The notes under the pieces: model-generated
Seen by the model: only the letters and a program-made list of their open reading frames with translations
What the model was told of the DNA's origin: nothing
Database searches by the model: none
NCBI GenBank assembly: GCA_947581805.1
Contig: CANPVM010000002.1
Location: 140,290 to 204,289 of the forward strand
DNA from: an uncultured Clostridia bacterium
Lineage (GTDB): Bacteria; Bacillota; Clostridia; TANB77; CAG-508
Length of the DNA: 64,000 nucleotides
Direction of reading: 5' to 3'
Shown: positions 27,758-37,701 of the stretch, piece after piece
Layout of the letters: each line of letters starts with the position of its first letter
How positions within the stretch are numbered: position 1 is the first letter of the stretch
Program-made: the position numbers and the translations under genes

Positions 27758-28863
27758 TCTTTGATAGTTTCTTCTATAAAGTTAATAGATTTTTTTCTTT
27801 CTTCATCTAATATTTTATTAACCTTTTCATATTCTATTTCCTTGTCAATAATAGTTAAATCATTAAAATTATTTACTCTTCTTTCTTCTAAGTTTGTTAA
27901 CTCTAATATACTTTGTAATCTTGTACTAAATTTTTGCGGAAAAATACATACAAATTTTTTATTAAAATTTATTGCAAAACCTGTAGCATGAAAAGAATCA
28001 GTAACAATATATGCTGCTTTATCAAAATAAGATAAAAACTCATTTATTGTAGGACAAAATACAAGTTTACCGTATTTAAAAAATTGATAGTTTACATTAG
28101 AAATTCTTAATACTGGCATTTTTTTCTTTTTTGATAGTTTTTTGACATATTCATCAAATTTTGGATTGTTGCTATTTAATTGGTAAACCAAAATATATGG
28201 TTTCTTTATTTTGACTTCTTCACTTATATCTTTCCATGCTTTTTTATTTAATAATAATGTTGGATCTAATACTTGGATAGCATTGTCTATTCCCATTTTT
28301 TTTAATATTTTTAATGCAGAATTTTCTCTAACAGAAATCCTTTTATATTTTATTAACATTTTTTTTAGTTCTTCTTCTTCTTTTTTCTCAAGTTCTATTT
28401 TTCCAAAACTTGAAGCATAAGCAAATCTAGGTACATCATTCTCTAAAAAATCTAGAAATAAAGCTCTATCAATTTCTTCATTCCACTCACTATTCCATAC
28501 TTGATCGCTTCCTGTACAATATATATCTGCTTTTGGCGTATTTTTTTTTAATTCTTCATTTGAATAATATTTTTTTGTTAAATGGACGTATTTACCTAAA
28601 AACTTATGAAAAACTTCTATTTGTTTGTTTATAGATGTAGTTAAAAATAATTTTCCAATAAATTTTGTGATAATATTTCTAGAGAAAATAGATGAGCTAT
28701 CAATTCTTCTTTTTACCATAGTTTCTTCTACATCTACTTTTCTATAATAATTTATTATTTCAACTTCATTTCCTAGTTTTTCCAACGTTTTTTGTGTTGC
28801 ATATGTTTGCAAAGCAGACCCATAATTTTTTACATTATGTAAAGTAATAACGTCTATTTTCAT
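27685..28863 (-). CDS. Polysaccharide pyruvyl transferase family protein #2
   Basis: The 392-aa protein has the GSDQVWNSEW block and is homologous to 13679-14761. Confidence 0.6.
   Translation of the reverse strand: MKIDVITLHNVKNYGSALQTYATQKTLEKLGNEVEIINYYRKVDVEETMVKRRIDSSSIFSRNIITKFIGKLFLTTSINKQIEVFHKFLGKYVHLTKKYYSNEELKKNTPKADIYCTGSDQVWNSEWNEEIDRALFLDFLENDVPRFAYASSFGKIELEKKEEEELKKMLIKYKRISVRENSALKILKKMGIDNAIQVLDPTLLLNKKAWKDISEEVKIKKPYILVYQLNSNNPKFDEYVKKLSKKKKMPVLRISNVNYQFFKYGKLVFCPTINEFLSYFDKAAYIVTDSFHATGFAINFNKKFVCIFPQKFSTRLQSILELTNLEERRVNNFNDLTIIDKEIEYEKVNKILDEERKKSINFIEETIKECIERSKINGGGLESSVKKLQNLF
27724..27732. repeat. Homopolymeric C9 (G9 coding) tract in the overlap between SDR #3 and pyruvyl transferase #2
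   Basis: Read directly from the sequence. It is in-frame in both genes: NGGGLES in the transferase tail and KWGGVRK in the SDR. Confidence 0.9.
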
Positions 28864-28917
28864 AGTTCGAATCCTTTCTGTTAAAATTATTAATTTTAGA
28901 TTTTATTATATTATTTG

Positions 28918-29964
28918 TTAAAATATAACACTTTGATATGGCAAAATGCCATTGAATGATACTACATTCATTATATAATAAATAAATATTACTGTATAAA
29001 ATATAAGACTTTCTAATCTTTTTTTTCTAAAATCTTGTATTTCATAGTAGCTAGCTAATATAAAAGTTATAAAAATTAAAAATTGTAAAGCAACTCTATT
29101 AAATAGCCAATTTTTTATTGAAAATATATTAATAATTATTCCTATCGTTGCTATTTTAAAATATAAATTATTATTGCCATTATAATCTTCAATTTTTTTC
29201 ATATTCGTAATCATGATAAATGTATATATTACTATATAAAATAATACATTAAGATATGTTCCAACTCCTGATTTATACTCATTAGCTGTATCATAATACA
29301 TTTGGTATGCATCCATTCCCCCTACTATTTTTAAATACAGAAAATCATATAATATAAAGCCAATTAAACTTATTATTAATACATATAACGGTCTTATTTT
29401 TAGTTTTGGCTTTAAATATAAGAAAGAAAATACTAATATACTCAACAATGATATTGAATGTATCGAGAAACCTATTAAATAAAAGATTAAGCATTTAATT
29501 TTTTTCTTTCTTTGTAAATAATTTAATCCATAAATAACAAACATTGTAGCTATACTTTGCCTAAATCCATTAAGAGAAAACGCATAAAATCCAAGTGCTA
29601 TATATATTAACATTACTAATCCAGGTCTTTCTGAATGTTTTTTCATAAAACTATATATTAAAAAATTAGTACAAAAAGAAACTATAAATATCCAAGCTTG
29701 ATAATTTAAGTTTAATTTTGTATTAAAAAAATATGTTAATAATGTATATCCTATACCTGTTCTACTTTGTAAAGCATTCTCTATACTTGTACCCAATTGG
29801 TAACTCGATTCATATAATATATAATCAGATCCTATTCCATATCTTAATCCTGAGAAAAGAATAATTATACCTAAAAATAATATATCATAAACATCCCACT
29901 TTTTCTTTTGTATCTTAAAAGATAACAAAAATATTATTATGTAAAATATAATATATACTATCAT
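28918..29964 (-). CDS. Wzy/EpsG-like oligosaccharide repeat-unit polymerase
   Basis: The 348-aa protein is polytopic (about 10-11 TM) and sits between GT and pyruvyl transferase genes. Confidence 0.45.
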   Translation of the reverse strand: MIVYIIFYIIIFLLSFKIQKKKWDVYDILFLGIIILFSGLRYGIGSDYILYESSYQLGTSIENALQSRTGIGYTLLTYFFNTKLNLNYQAWIFIVSFCTNFLIYSFMKKHSERPGLVMLIYIALGFYAFSLNGFRQSIATMFVIYGLNYLQRKKKIKCLIFYLIGFSIHSISLLSILVFSFLYLKPKLKIRPLYVLIISLIGFILYDFLYLKIVGGMDAYQMYYDTANEYKSGVGTYLNVLFYIVIYTFIMITNMKKIEDYNGNNNLYFKIATIGIIINIFSIKNWLFNRVALQFLIFITFILASYYEIQDFRKKRLESLIFYTVIFIYYIMNVVSFNGILPYQSVIF

Positions 29965-29982
29965 TTTTACCTCTTTTAAATT

Positions 29983-31005
29983 TTAATTTAATTTTTGTAT
30001 TTTTCTAATTATTGCTAACAAATATACTGGCAAATATATTTTTTTTATTATAAAAAATAATACCATTTTTCTTTTTATATCAATTTTACTTTTAAACTTT
30101 AAAGCTTTTTTTATTATTTCATTATTTATAAATTCTTCAAATGTTTTTTTTCTTATCCTATATTTAATTTTTGAATCAGGATTAAAATATCCACTAATTG
30201 CTGTTGCTACTATGATATAATTAATTCTGTTATAAAAAGATTTTGTAACTGTTTCATTGTCAAGTTTTAATACTTTATTTTCGACTTTTTCTAGTCCAAA
30301 TAACAATTGTAAATATCCTTGATTATTTGGTTTAGTTGTAATAGATTTATCATTATATACATAATGATAAATATATTCTTTTATAAATTGTATTTTTGTT
30401 GCTTTTCTGAAAGCATCAAAATTAAAATCAAATGACTCTACCCCTTGTCTTATTTCAGAATCATGAAAAATATTATTTTTTGTTAAAAATTCTTTATTAT
30501 ATAATTTAGCTGTTACATCTGAAATATTGCTATTAAAGTCAAATAAAACATCTAAAAAAATTTTACAATCTTTTTTATATACTTTTCCATCTTCAAATAA
30601 ATTATCAAATTCATATAAAAAAGAACTTTTTTTATACTCTTTTATTGTTCCAAAACAAACTATATCTGGGGAGTCCTTTAGTCTATTTATTACTTTTTCA
30701 AATCCATCTTTTTCAATCCAATCATCACCATCTACAAAAGTAATCCATTTTCCAGTTGCATTACTAACTCCAGTATTTCTTGCTCCACATAATCCCATAT
30801 TAATTTGATTTATAAGTTTTATTTTATTGCTTAATTCTAAATATTTGTTGCATATTCTTATATTATCTCTATTGGTCGAGCCATCATTAACTAATATTAT
30901 TTCAATATTTTTGTATGTCTGTTTAATTAAGCTTTCAATGCATTTTTGTAACATATCATTTGGAACATTATATATTGGTACAATTATACTAATTAAATCA
31001 TTCAT
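29983..31005 (-). CDS. Glycosyltransferase family 2
   Basis: N-terminal GT-A signature (ISIIVPIYNV...DGSTN...DGDD). Confidence 0.75.
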   Translation of the reverse strand: MNDLISIIVPIYNVPNDMLQKCIESLIKQTYKNIEIILVNDGSTNRDNIRICNKYLELSNKIKLINQINMGLCGARNTGVSNATGKWITFVDGDDWIEKDGFEKVINRLKDSPDIVCFGTIKEYKKSSFLYEFDNLFEDGKVYKKDCKIFLDVLFDFNSNISDVTAKLYNKEFLTKNNIFHDSEIRQGVESFDFNFDAFRKATKIQFIKEYIYHYVYNDKSITTKPNNQGYLQLLFGLEKVENKVLKLDNETVTKSFYNRINYIIVATAISGYFNPDSKIKYRIRKKTFEEFINNEIIKKALKFKSKIDIKRKMVLFFIIKKIYLPVYLLAIIRKIQKLN

Positions 31006-31070
31006 AACTTCACCTTTTTTAATTGTATTGTAAAATTTTCATTATAATATATTTTTAGACTATTAATTTT

Positions 31071-32216
31071 TTATTTGTTTACATACACTTTTTTATACTT
31101 TTGCGTCATAACATTGTTATTATATTTTGTCATAATGTCATTATGAGCATTATTCTTAATTTGTATATTTGCTTTATTCTTTTGTATGTTTTCTATTATT
31201 TTTATATAATCTTTTGACGTTTCAGCTATAAATCCATTTACTCCATTTTCTATAACATCCCTATTTCCTATACAGTTACTAACAATACATATCTTTTTCA
31301 TATACATTGCTTCTAGTAAGGAAATAGGGAGACCTTCCCATAATGAAGTTAATATAAATATGTCTTGTTTACTTAAAATTTCTAATACTTCTTTCCTAGT
31401 TTTCCAACCTGTTACTTTTATATTTGAACTTACTAATGTATCTTTTAATTCTCCATCACCAATCCATGTAAATTGAATAGTTGGCATACTTGACGCAATT
31501 TCATTAAATACTTTTGGATTCTTTTGATATTCAATTCTTCCTACCGTACATATCTTCAAATTGTTACAATCAATTTCTTTTAAATCTATATGACGTTTAT
31601 TTTCTTCTACTGTATAATCATTTACACTGCTGTTATGAGCAATTTTTTCTACTTTTTCTGTCTCTTTTTTTAATTTTTCAATATCTATTCCATTATTTAT
31701 ACAAATTGAATTTTTATTTAATTTTTTAGCTTCTAAATACTCACCATTTGAACATCCTACTATTGTACATTTTTTATTATATATTGCTGTTGCTTTTTCT
31801 ATTAGCCAATATATCATTCTTTTTAATTTTGAATTATCTTGTTTTAAAAAAGAGAATCCATGAGGGTTATAAAACATTTTTACTTTTCTACCACTTATAG
31901 CTAATCTACCTAATACTCCTGCTTTTGATGAATGTAAATGCACTATATCCGGCTCTTCTTCTTTTACTGCTTTTTTAATTTCTTTTAGTGCTTTTATATC
32001 TTGTTGTGGACTTATGTTTCTTGTAAAATTTTCTATTTTTATAAATTTTATTCTTTTGTCAAAGTAATTTTTAAAATCTCTTGGAGTTTCTGCTCTAACT
32101 GCATAAGCAATTGATATATCAAATTCATCTACCATTTTATTTGTTAAATCTAGTAATACAGAAAATATACCTCCACCAAAAGCTTCGACAATATGTAATA
32201 CTTTTTTCCTTTTCAA
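31071..32216 (-). CDS. Glycosyltransferase family 1
   Basis: The 381-aa protein has a GT-B fold and the block SLWEGLPISLLEAMYMKKICIVSNCIGNRDVIENGVNGF. Confidence 0.7.
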   Translation of the reverse strand: MKRKKVLHIVEAFGGGIFSVLLDLTNKMVDEFDISIAYAVRAETPRDFKNYFDKRIKFIKIENFTRNISPQQDIKALKEIKKAVKEEEPDIVHLHSSKAGVLGRLAISGRKVKMFYNPHGFSFLKQDNSKLKRMIYWLIEKATAIYNKKCTIVGCSNGEYLEAKKLNKNSICINNGIDIEKLKKETEKVEKIAHNSSVNDYTVEENKRHIDLKEIDCNNLKICTVGRIEYQKNPKVFNEIASSMPTIQFTWIGDGELKDTLVSSNIKVTGWKTRKEVLEILSKQDIFILTSLWEGLPISLLEAMYMKKICIVSNCIGNRDVIENGVNGFIAETSKDYIKIIENIQKNKANIQIKNNAHNDIMTKYNNNVMTQKYKKVYVNK

Positions 32217-32320
32217 TTAAAATACTCCTTTTTCTATTTATATTTAGATAATATATAAATAGATTTATATGCTACCTAGTGCTATTTTTTTATTTTTGTC
32301 TCTATGAAATTTCATTTATA

Positions 32321-33031
32321 CTATACAGCTCCTCTAAAAACTCTAAAAAATGTTTTTAAAAGTATTTTTAAGTCTAACCATAAACTTCTATCTTTAATAT
32401 ATTTAATATCTATTTCAAGTCTTTCATTAAAATCAACATCACTTCTACCACTTACTTGCCATAGGCCTGTAAGTCCTGGCTTAACTGTTATAATTTGTTG
32501 ATATTTGCTTCCCATATCTTCTTTTTCTCTATAAAGGTATGGACGTGGTCCAACCAAACTCATTTCCCCTTTTAATACATTTATTAATTGAGGTAACTCA
32601 TCTAAACTTGTTTTTCTTAAAAAATTACCTAGTTTTGTAATTCTAGGGTCATCCTTTAATTTTTTATATTTATGATATTCCTCTCTTGCTTCTTCATTCT
32701 CATTTAAATATTCCCATAGTTTTTCATCTGCATGCATTACCATAGAACGGTATTTATATAATTTAAATTCTTTTCCGTCTTTTCCTATACGTAATTGGTC
32801 AAAAAATAATGGTCCTTTATTTTCTTTTGATATTTTATTTACTATGTATAAAATGGCTGTAACTGGAATTAGAATGACTACCCCAACTAAGCCTCCTATG
32901 ATATCTACAAATCTTTTTATGGTTTTATATATAATTTTTTTATTGCTAACTATTTCTTCTTGTTTTACTTGAGTTTCTAATATAACATCATCTAGTAAAA
33001 TGGCATTATCATGTTCTAAATTTGTACCCAT
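32321..33031 (-). CDS. Undecaprenyl-phosphate sugar phosphotransferase (bacterial sugar transferase, WbaP/CpsE C-terminal-domain type). Likely first gene of the glycan operon
   Basis: The 236-aa protein has one TM plus the conserved ...LDELPQLINVLKGEMSLVGPRP... catalytic region. Confidence 0.75.
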   Translation of the reverse strand: MGTNLEHDNAILLDDVILETQVKQEEIVSNKKIIYKTIKRFVDIIGGLVGVVILIPVTAILYIVNKISKENKGPLFFDQLRIGKDGKEFKLYKYRSMVMHADEKLWEYLNENEEAREEYHKYKKLKDDPRITKLGNFLRKTSLDELPQLINVLKGEMSLVGPRPYLYREKEDMGSKYQQIITVKPGLTGLWQVSGRSDVDFNERLEIDIKYIKDRSLWLDLKILLKTFFRVFRGAV

Positions 33032-33317
33032 TTTAAATTCCCCCTAGTAAATATAATTATATAATTTATTGAAAATAATGTCAATTATTTATTGTCTTTT
33101 TTTAGCACTTTTTGAAATTTTTTGAAACAAAATATAAATACGTTTTATTTTTGTTGAAATTATTGTTGTTCTAAGTGTTTAAGTTTTTTTAAGTTTGTGC
33201 TTTTATGTATATTAATTGCTAATTATTTTGGAAAAAATTACATATTTTATTTTTCATAAAAAAAGATTTTAGAATTCTTATAAAACTCTAAAATCTTTTT
33301 TATATTATAAATTATTT

Positions 33318-33830
33318 TTATCTTTTCAGCCAATTCGCAATTGCCTCTATAAATATTACAAAAAGCATCATAATGAAAATTCCTGTAAAAACTCCCAATG
33401 AATCAATGCAAACATCTATAGGGCTTGCCAATCTTCCTGGAGTGAAACTTTGGTGAATTTCATCTGTAACTGCATATATGACTCCAATTACAATACTAAC
33501 CAACACTTTATATTTATTTTTTATATTAAATGTACACATAAATCCCATAATTGAGAAACCCACTAAAGTATAAATACTAAAATGAGCTAATTTTCTAACA
33601 ATAGGATGTAATTTTGCTATATAATGAAGCTTCATACTAGAATCCATTGTTTTAATTTTAGAAAATATTTCTACTATAAATTTAGTTACTTTCTCACTTA
33701 TATTTCCAGATTCTATACCATTTTGTGAAGAAAAATTAAAAATGATATAGAATGTTGCAAGTAGCAAAAATAAAAATATGATTCTTTTTAATATTAAATT
33801 TCTTTTAAATCTTATTTGTGTTGTCTCCAT
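33318..33830 (-). CDS. VanZ-like family membrane protein
   Basis: It has the conserved DEIHQSFTPGR motif and about 4 TM. Confidence 0.65.
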   Translation of the reverse strand: METTQIRFKRNLILKRIIFLFLLLATFYIIFNFSSQNGIESGNISEKVTKFIVEIFSKIKTMDSSMKLHYIAKLHPIVRKLAHFSIYTLVGFSIMGFMCTFNIKNKYKVLVSIVIGVIYAVTDEIHQSFTPGRLASPIDVCIDSLGVFTGIFIMMLFVIFIEAIANWLKR

Positions 33831-33834
33831 GATA

Positions 33835-34662
33835 TTATTCCTTTGTTCTTTTTCCCGTTTTTATATTGCCTATGATGCTAAATAGCAAACCAAGTATGCA
33901 AAATACAATTCCGGTTATTAAAAGAGAAGTTATTATGCTTTGAATTGCATTAATAATTACATTGGAAAAAGCTTTATTAAGTAGTAAAATATTGTGTACT
34001 TGCATAGTAGAACTTTCTACTATTTTTAGTATAATAAATAATGTTCCTGTACTAATACATGCTATAGATAAATATTTTAAACTTTCTTTTCTATTGATAA
34101 AAATTAAGATTACAATGATGCCAAGAGTTACTAAATAAGGAATTATTTGTACTTTAGCTAATATTGTTTGTACTTTTGCAAATACATTTTGAATAGTTTG
34201 TATGTATTTTTCTGCATAAACAATGCCATCACGATATATATTAGCAATTGTTTCTATATAAATATTAATTGCTTGTTGTTCTTCTGTGTTTACTCTTTTA
34301 TTATTTTCGTTAATTATTTCTTCAATTTTTCCTTGTAGTTTTGTTTTAATTCCTTCTGTATCAATTGACATTTCTTTTCCAGTGTAAATATATTTTATTA
34401 ATGATTGTATATCTGTTTTTACTTGTTCTTCTGTTATGATACCATCTAAAATAGTTTCTTCTAAACCAGACTGTACTGTATTATTTTTAAAAGATTCGAA
34501 TATTTCATTATATGTTTCAGTATAATAATTATTTTTATCTAATAAACTTAGTACAAATTTTTCTTTTAGTATTGTTTGAGATAGAATTGTAATAGCTGTA
34601 CTTGCCACTAAAAGAATAATTAATATAAATGTGACAATGTATGAAACAATTTTTTTTACCAT
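33835..34662 (-). CDS. Membrane-anchored hypothetical protein
   Basis: The 275-aa ORF has N- and C-terminal TM segments and a coiled, charged central region. I recognise no family. Confidence 0.4.
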   Translation of the reverse strand: MVKKIVSYIVTFILIILLVASTAITILSQTILKEKFVLSLLDKNNYYTETYNEIFESFKNNTVQSGLEETILDGIITEEQVKTDIQSLIKYIYTGKEMSIDTEGIKTKLQGKIEEIINENNKRVNTEEQQAINIYIETIANIYRDGIVYAEKYIQTIQNVFAKVQTILAKVQIIPYLVTLGIIVILIFINRKESLKYLSIACISTGTLFIILKIVESSTMQVHNILLLNKAFSNVIINAIQSIITSLLITGIVFCILGLLFSIIGNIKTGKRTKE

Positions 34663-34686
34663 TTTTATAATTCCCTTTCTTCTATT

Positions 34687-35313
34687 TTAGTCTAAGCTTG
34701 AGTATGTTATAAACCTATGGGTAGCATGCCCAATGCTATTAACTGGATAACAAGTATATAACATAAGAATTTCTTTTTCTTTTTGAACTGGTACAGCATC
34801 TGTTTCTGTTTGATGTACTATTTTTGTTTCATCAACTGTATAAGTATAATCTCCATATACCGTTTCTATTTTTATTTTGGTTCCTACTTTTATTTCTGGT
34901 AACTTTCTTAAAAAGCCACTGGTATTGTGTGCCATACAAATAATTGAACCACCTTCTCCAGGAAAATAGCCTTTACTTGATTGCCCTACTCCATACCTTA
35001 GAATAGAAAGAGAATCTCCAAAATATAATGGTAGTTTTACATTTAAGTCTTCTATAATAAGAGTTGCATAGCGCTCCCCTATGGATGGATAACTTTCTAA
35101 TTTATTATGTTCTAAATCTATTTTTACGTCACTTAATACTTTTTTACTTGTGTCAACAGAGATAGTATTAATTAGCGAAATTGCCATGCTAATTTTAGAT
35201 GAAAAAAGTAAAGTGATTATAGCTACTATGATTACTACATATACAAAAGCAACTATTATGTTTTTAATAGTTGCTTTTAGTATTGTATTTTTTTTATTTA
35301 GTGCTTTACGCAT
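34687..35313 (-). CDS. Sortase (transpeptidase), class B/D-like
   Basis: The 208-aa protein has an N-terminal TM anchor and the catalytic-Cys block MLYTCYP, with upstream His (ICMAHNTSG) and downstream Arg. Confidence 0.6.
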   Translation of the reverse strand: MRKALNKKNTILKATIKNIIVAFVYVVIIVAIITLLFSSKISMAISLINTISVDTSKKVLSDVKIDLEHNKLESYPSIGERYATLIIEDLNVKLPLYFGDSLSILRYGVGQSSKGYFPGEGGSIICMAHNTSGFLRKLPEIKVGTKIKIETVYGDYTYTVDETKIVHQTETDAVPVQKEKEILMLYTCYPVNSIGHATHRFITYSSLD

Positions 35314-35828
35314 TAGCTTCTAACCTTTTTTGCTACTACTGTTCCAGCAACGGCAATAATTGCTACACCAGCTAATACTACAAATACTAAATTGTCGCTT
35401 CCTGTTTGAACTAATTTTCCATCTTCATAAGTTCTGCTAATAACTGATTTACCTGTTGAAATATTTACAACATCTACAGTTTTGTTTTTGCTATCTGTTA
35501 CTACTTTTAGTCCAACTTCTTTAGCTGCTGCATTTGCATAGCTTAATACTTGTTCTCTTTGTGTTGCAGTTAATTCTGCAGGATCAGTATCACCAATAAC
35601 TGCTTCGGCATTTTTAACTTGGTTAACAACTTCAGTATATTGAGCATCATCAATTTCTGCTGGTAAAGCTCTCTCGATTTCTGCCTCTACATCGGTATAA
35701 CCATAGTCTTTAGCTTTGTCAACTAGGTATTTTACTAAATCCTCTCTTTTTGTATTAGCGTTTACAACTGTGCATGCTAATGTTAAAACTAGCGCAACTA
35801 ATAATGTAATTGTTAATGCTTTTTTCAT
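35313..35828 (-). CDS. Secreted protein with an N-terminal lipobox-like signal and a C-terminal sorting-signal-like segment (candidate sortase substrate)
   Basis: Signal MKKALTITLLVALVLTLAC. The C-terminus reads ...KLVQTGSDNLVFVVLAGVAIIAVAGTVVAKKVRS, that is a motif-like LVQTG, a hydrophobic span and a basic tail. The gene overlaps the sortase gene by one codon. Confidence 0.45.
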   Translation of the reverse strand: MKKALTITLLVALVLTLACTVVNANTKREDLVKYLVDKAKDYGYTDVEAEIERALPAEIDDAQYTEVVNQVKNAEAVIGDTDPAELTATQREQVLSYANAAAKEVGLKVVTDSKNKTVDVVNISTGKSVISRTYEDGKLVQTGSDNLVFVVLAGVAIIAVAGTVVAKKVRS

Positions 35829-35993
35829 TTTATTTTCTCCTTTCGTATGAATTTGAAATAATTATACCATTAAAAATTTTAAATGCAATACTTTTTTTAA
35901 AATTTTTTAAAATTTTTTAAATTTTTTTATGTTTTTTTATGTTTTAGGAATATTTTTTACTTTTTATTCTGTCAATTATTGTTGTATTGTTCT

Positions 35994-37697
35994 TTACATT
36001 CTATCTGGCATTTCTATTCCTAGTAAATTTGCCCCTGTTTTTAAAATATTGCCTACTACATAAGTTAAGTATAAACGAGCATCTTGTACTTCTTTTTCTT
36101 CTCCAATAATTTTATTGTTATTGTAAAAACTGCTAAAACTTTGGCTAAGTTCAATTAAATATCTTGCAAGAATAGATGGTTCGTTTTTTTCTACTACTTG
36201 TTTTAATGTGTCTGCAAAGTTTGCAATTGTTTTTATTACGGTGCAAGAAGCCTCATCTGCTAAAATGTTTGTGTTGATGTCTTTGTATTCTGGCACATAT
36301 CCTGCTTTTTCAAGTACGCTTTTGGTACGTACATAAATATATTGTACATAAGGACCTGTTTCCCCTTGGAAGTTTAGCATGGTATCCCAATCAAATATTT
36401 CGTCTTTAATTCTGCTATTTGATAAGTCGTTGAAAATAACTGCTCCAAGTCCTACTTTTTTTGCAACTTCTTCCTTATTTTCTAAATCTGGATTTTTCTC
36501 TTCTACTACTTTTAGAGCCCTTGAAATTGCTTCATTAAGTAAATCTTCTAGTTTTACTATATTTCCCTCTCTTGTTGACATTTTTCCTGTTTTTAGTCTT
36601 ACCATTCCAAAAGGTACATGTTCTAAACCATTCGTATATTTTTCATCTAATCCTAGTAGTTTTGCTACCGAAAATACTTGTTTAAAATGCAATACTTGTT
36701 CATAAGAAGTAACATAGATTGCTTTATCAAAATTATAATTTCGAGCACGGTACAAGATAGCTGCTAAGTCTCTTGTAGCATATGTAGTCGAACCATTCGT
36801 TTTTTCAATAATGCAAGGAGCCATATTATCTAATTCAATTACTCTTGCTCCTTCAGATTCTACTAATTTTCCTGTTTTTTCTAAGATTTCTACTACTTCT
36901 TGCATTTTATCTGAATAAAAAGCTTCTCCATTCCAAGAGTCGAATTTGCTTCCTAACATATCATATACTTTTTGAAATTCTTTTAAACTTAGTTCTCTAA
37001 ATCTTGTCCATATTTCGACGCAATAAGAATCTCCATCTTCTAATTTTTTGAAATTATTACGACAGTTTTCTAAAACACTCTCATCGTTTTTACAAAGTTC
37101 ATTAATTCTTACATAAATTTTAGTTAGTTCATTAATTGGCTCTTCTTCAATGTTGTATTCCTTTCCCCATAATTTATAGCCTTCAATTAACTTGCCAAAT
37201 TGGGTTCCATAGTCTCCTAAATGATTAACTCCTGTTACATTATAATTCAAAAATTTATAAACATTGTATAAAGCTCCACCAATTACCGTAGAACGTAAAT
37301 GCCCAATATGAAATGGCTTTGCAATATTAGGAGCAGAATAATCTATAACGACATTTTTTCCTTCTCCTATTTTAGAGTTTCCATATTGTTCTTTTTTGGA
37401 ATCATATTCTTTTAATACTTCATTTATAAAAGTATTGTTATTTGCATAGAAATTGATGTACCCACCTACTATTTCTACTTTTGTTATGATGCTTTCATTG
37501 ACTTGCAATTTTTCATTTATTTCTTCTGCAATTGCAGGTGGTGCTTTTTTTAATGTTTTGGCCAGTTTAAAACATGGGAAAGCATAATCTCCCATAGAAG
37601 TATCTTTTGGCACTTCTATGTAACTTTTTAATTCTTCTTTTTCTAGACCTGTTGCCTTTTGCAATGCTTGTGCAATTTCTTCTTTAAAATCTAACAT
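35994..37697 (-). CDS. argS: Arginine--tRNA ligase
   Basis: The 567-aa protein has the class I HIGH motif (PFHIGHLRS), a KMSK-type region (GKMSTREGN) and a C-terminal DALR domain. Confidence 0.85.
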   Translation of the reverse strand: MLDFKEEIAQALQKATGLEKEELKSYIEVPKDTSMGDYAFPCFKLAKTLKKAPPAIAEEINEKLQVNESIITKVEIVGGYINFYANNNTFINEVLKEYDSKKEQYGNSKIGEGKNVVIDYSAPNIAKPFHIGHLRSTVIGGALYNVYKFLNYNVTGVNHLGDYGTQFGKLIEGYKLWGKEYNIEEEPINELTKIYVRINELCKNDESVLENCRNNFKKLEDGDSYCVEIWTRFRELSLKEFQKVYDMLGSKFDSWNGEAFYSDKMQEVVEILEKTGKLVESEGARVIELDNMAPCIIEKTNGSTTYATRDLAAILYRARNYNFDKAIYVTSYEQVLHFKQVFSVAKLLGLDEKYTNGLEHVPFGMVRLKTGKMSTREGNIVKLEDLLNEAISRALKVVEEKNPDLENKEEVAKKVGLGAVIFNDLSNSRIKDEIFDWDTMLNFQGETGPYVQYIYVRTKSVLEKAGYVPEYKDINTNILADEASCTVIKTIANFADTLKQVVEKNEPSILARYLIELSQSFSSFYNNNKIIGEEKEVQDARLYLTYVVGNILKTGANLLGIEMPDRM

Positions 37698-37701
37698 ATT
37701 A

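Noticed and set aside
35870-35940. Tandem aattttttaa x3 repeats upstream of the 35313-35828 gene, as a possible regulatory repeat or CRISPR-like element
   Set aside because: It is only about 30 nt of A/T-tract periodicity in a promoter region of an AT-rich genome. This fits curved-DNA promoter context and is not a distinct element.
37698-37701. A T-box leader upstream of argS
   Set aside because: argS starts 4 nt after the pfkA stop, so there is no room for a leader. The gene is probably co-transcribed with pfkA.
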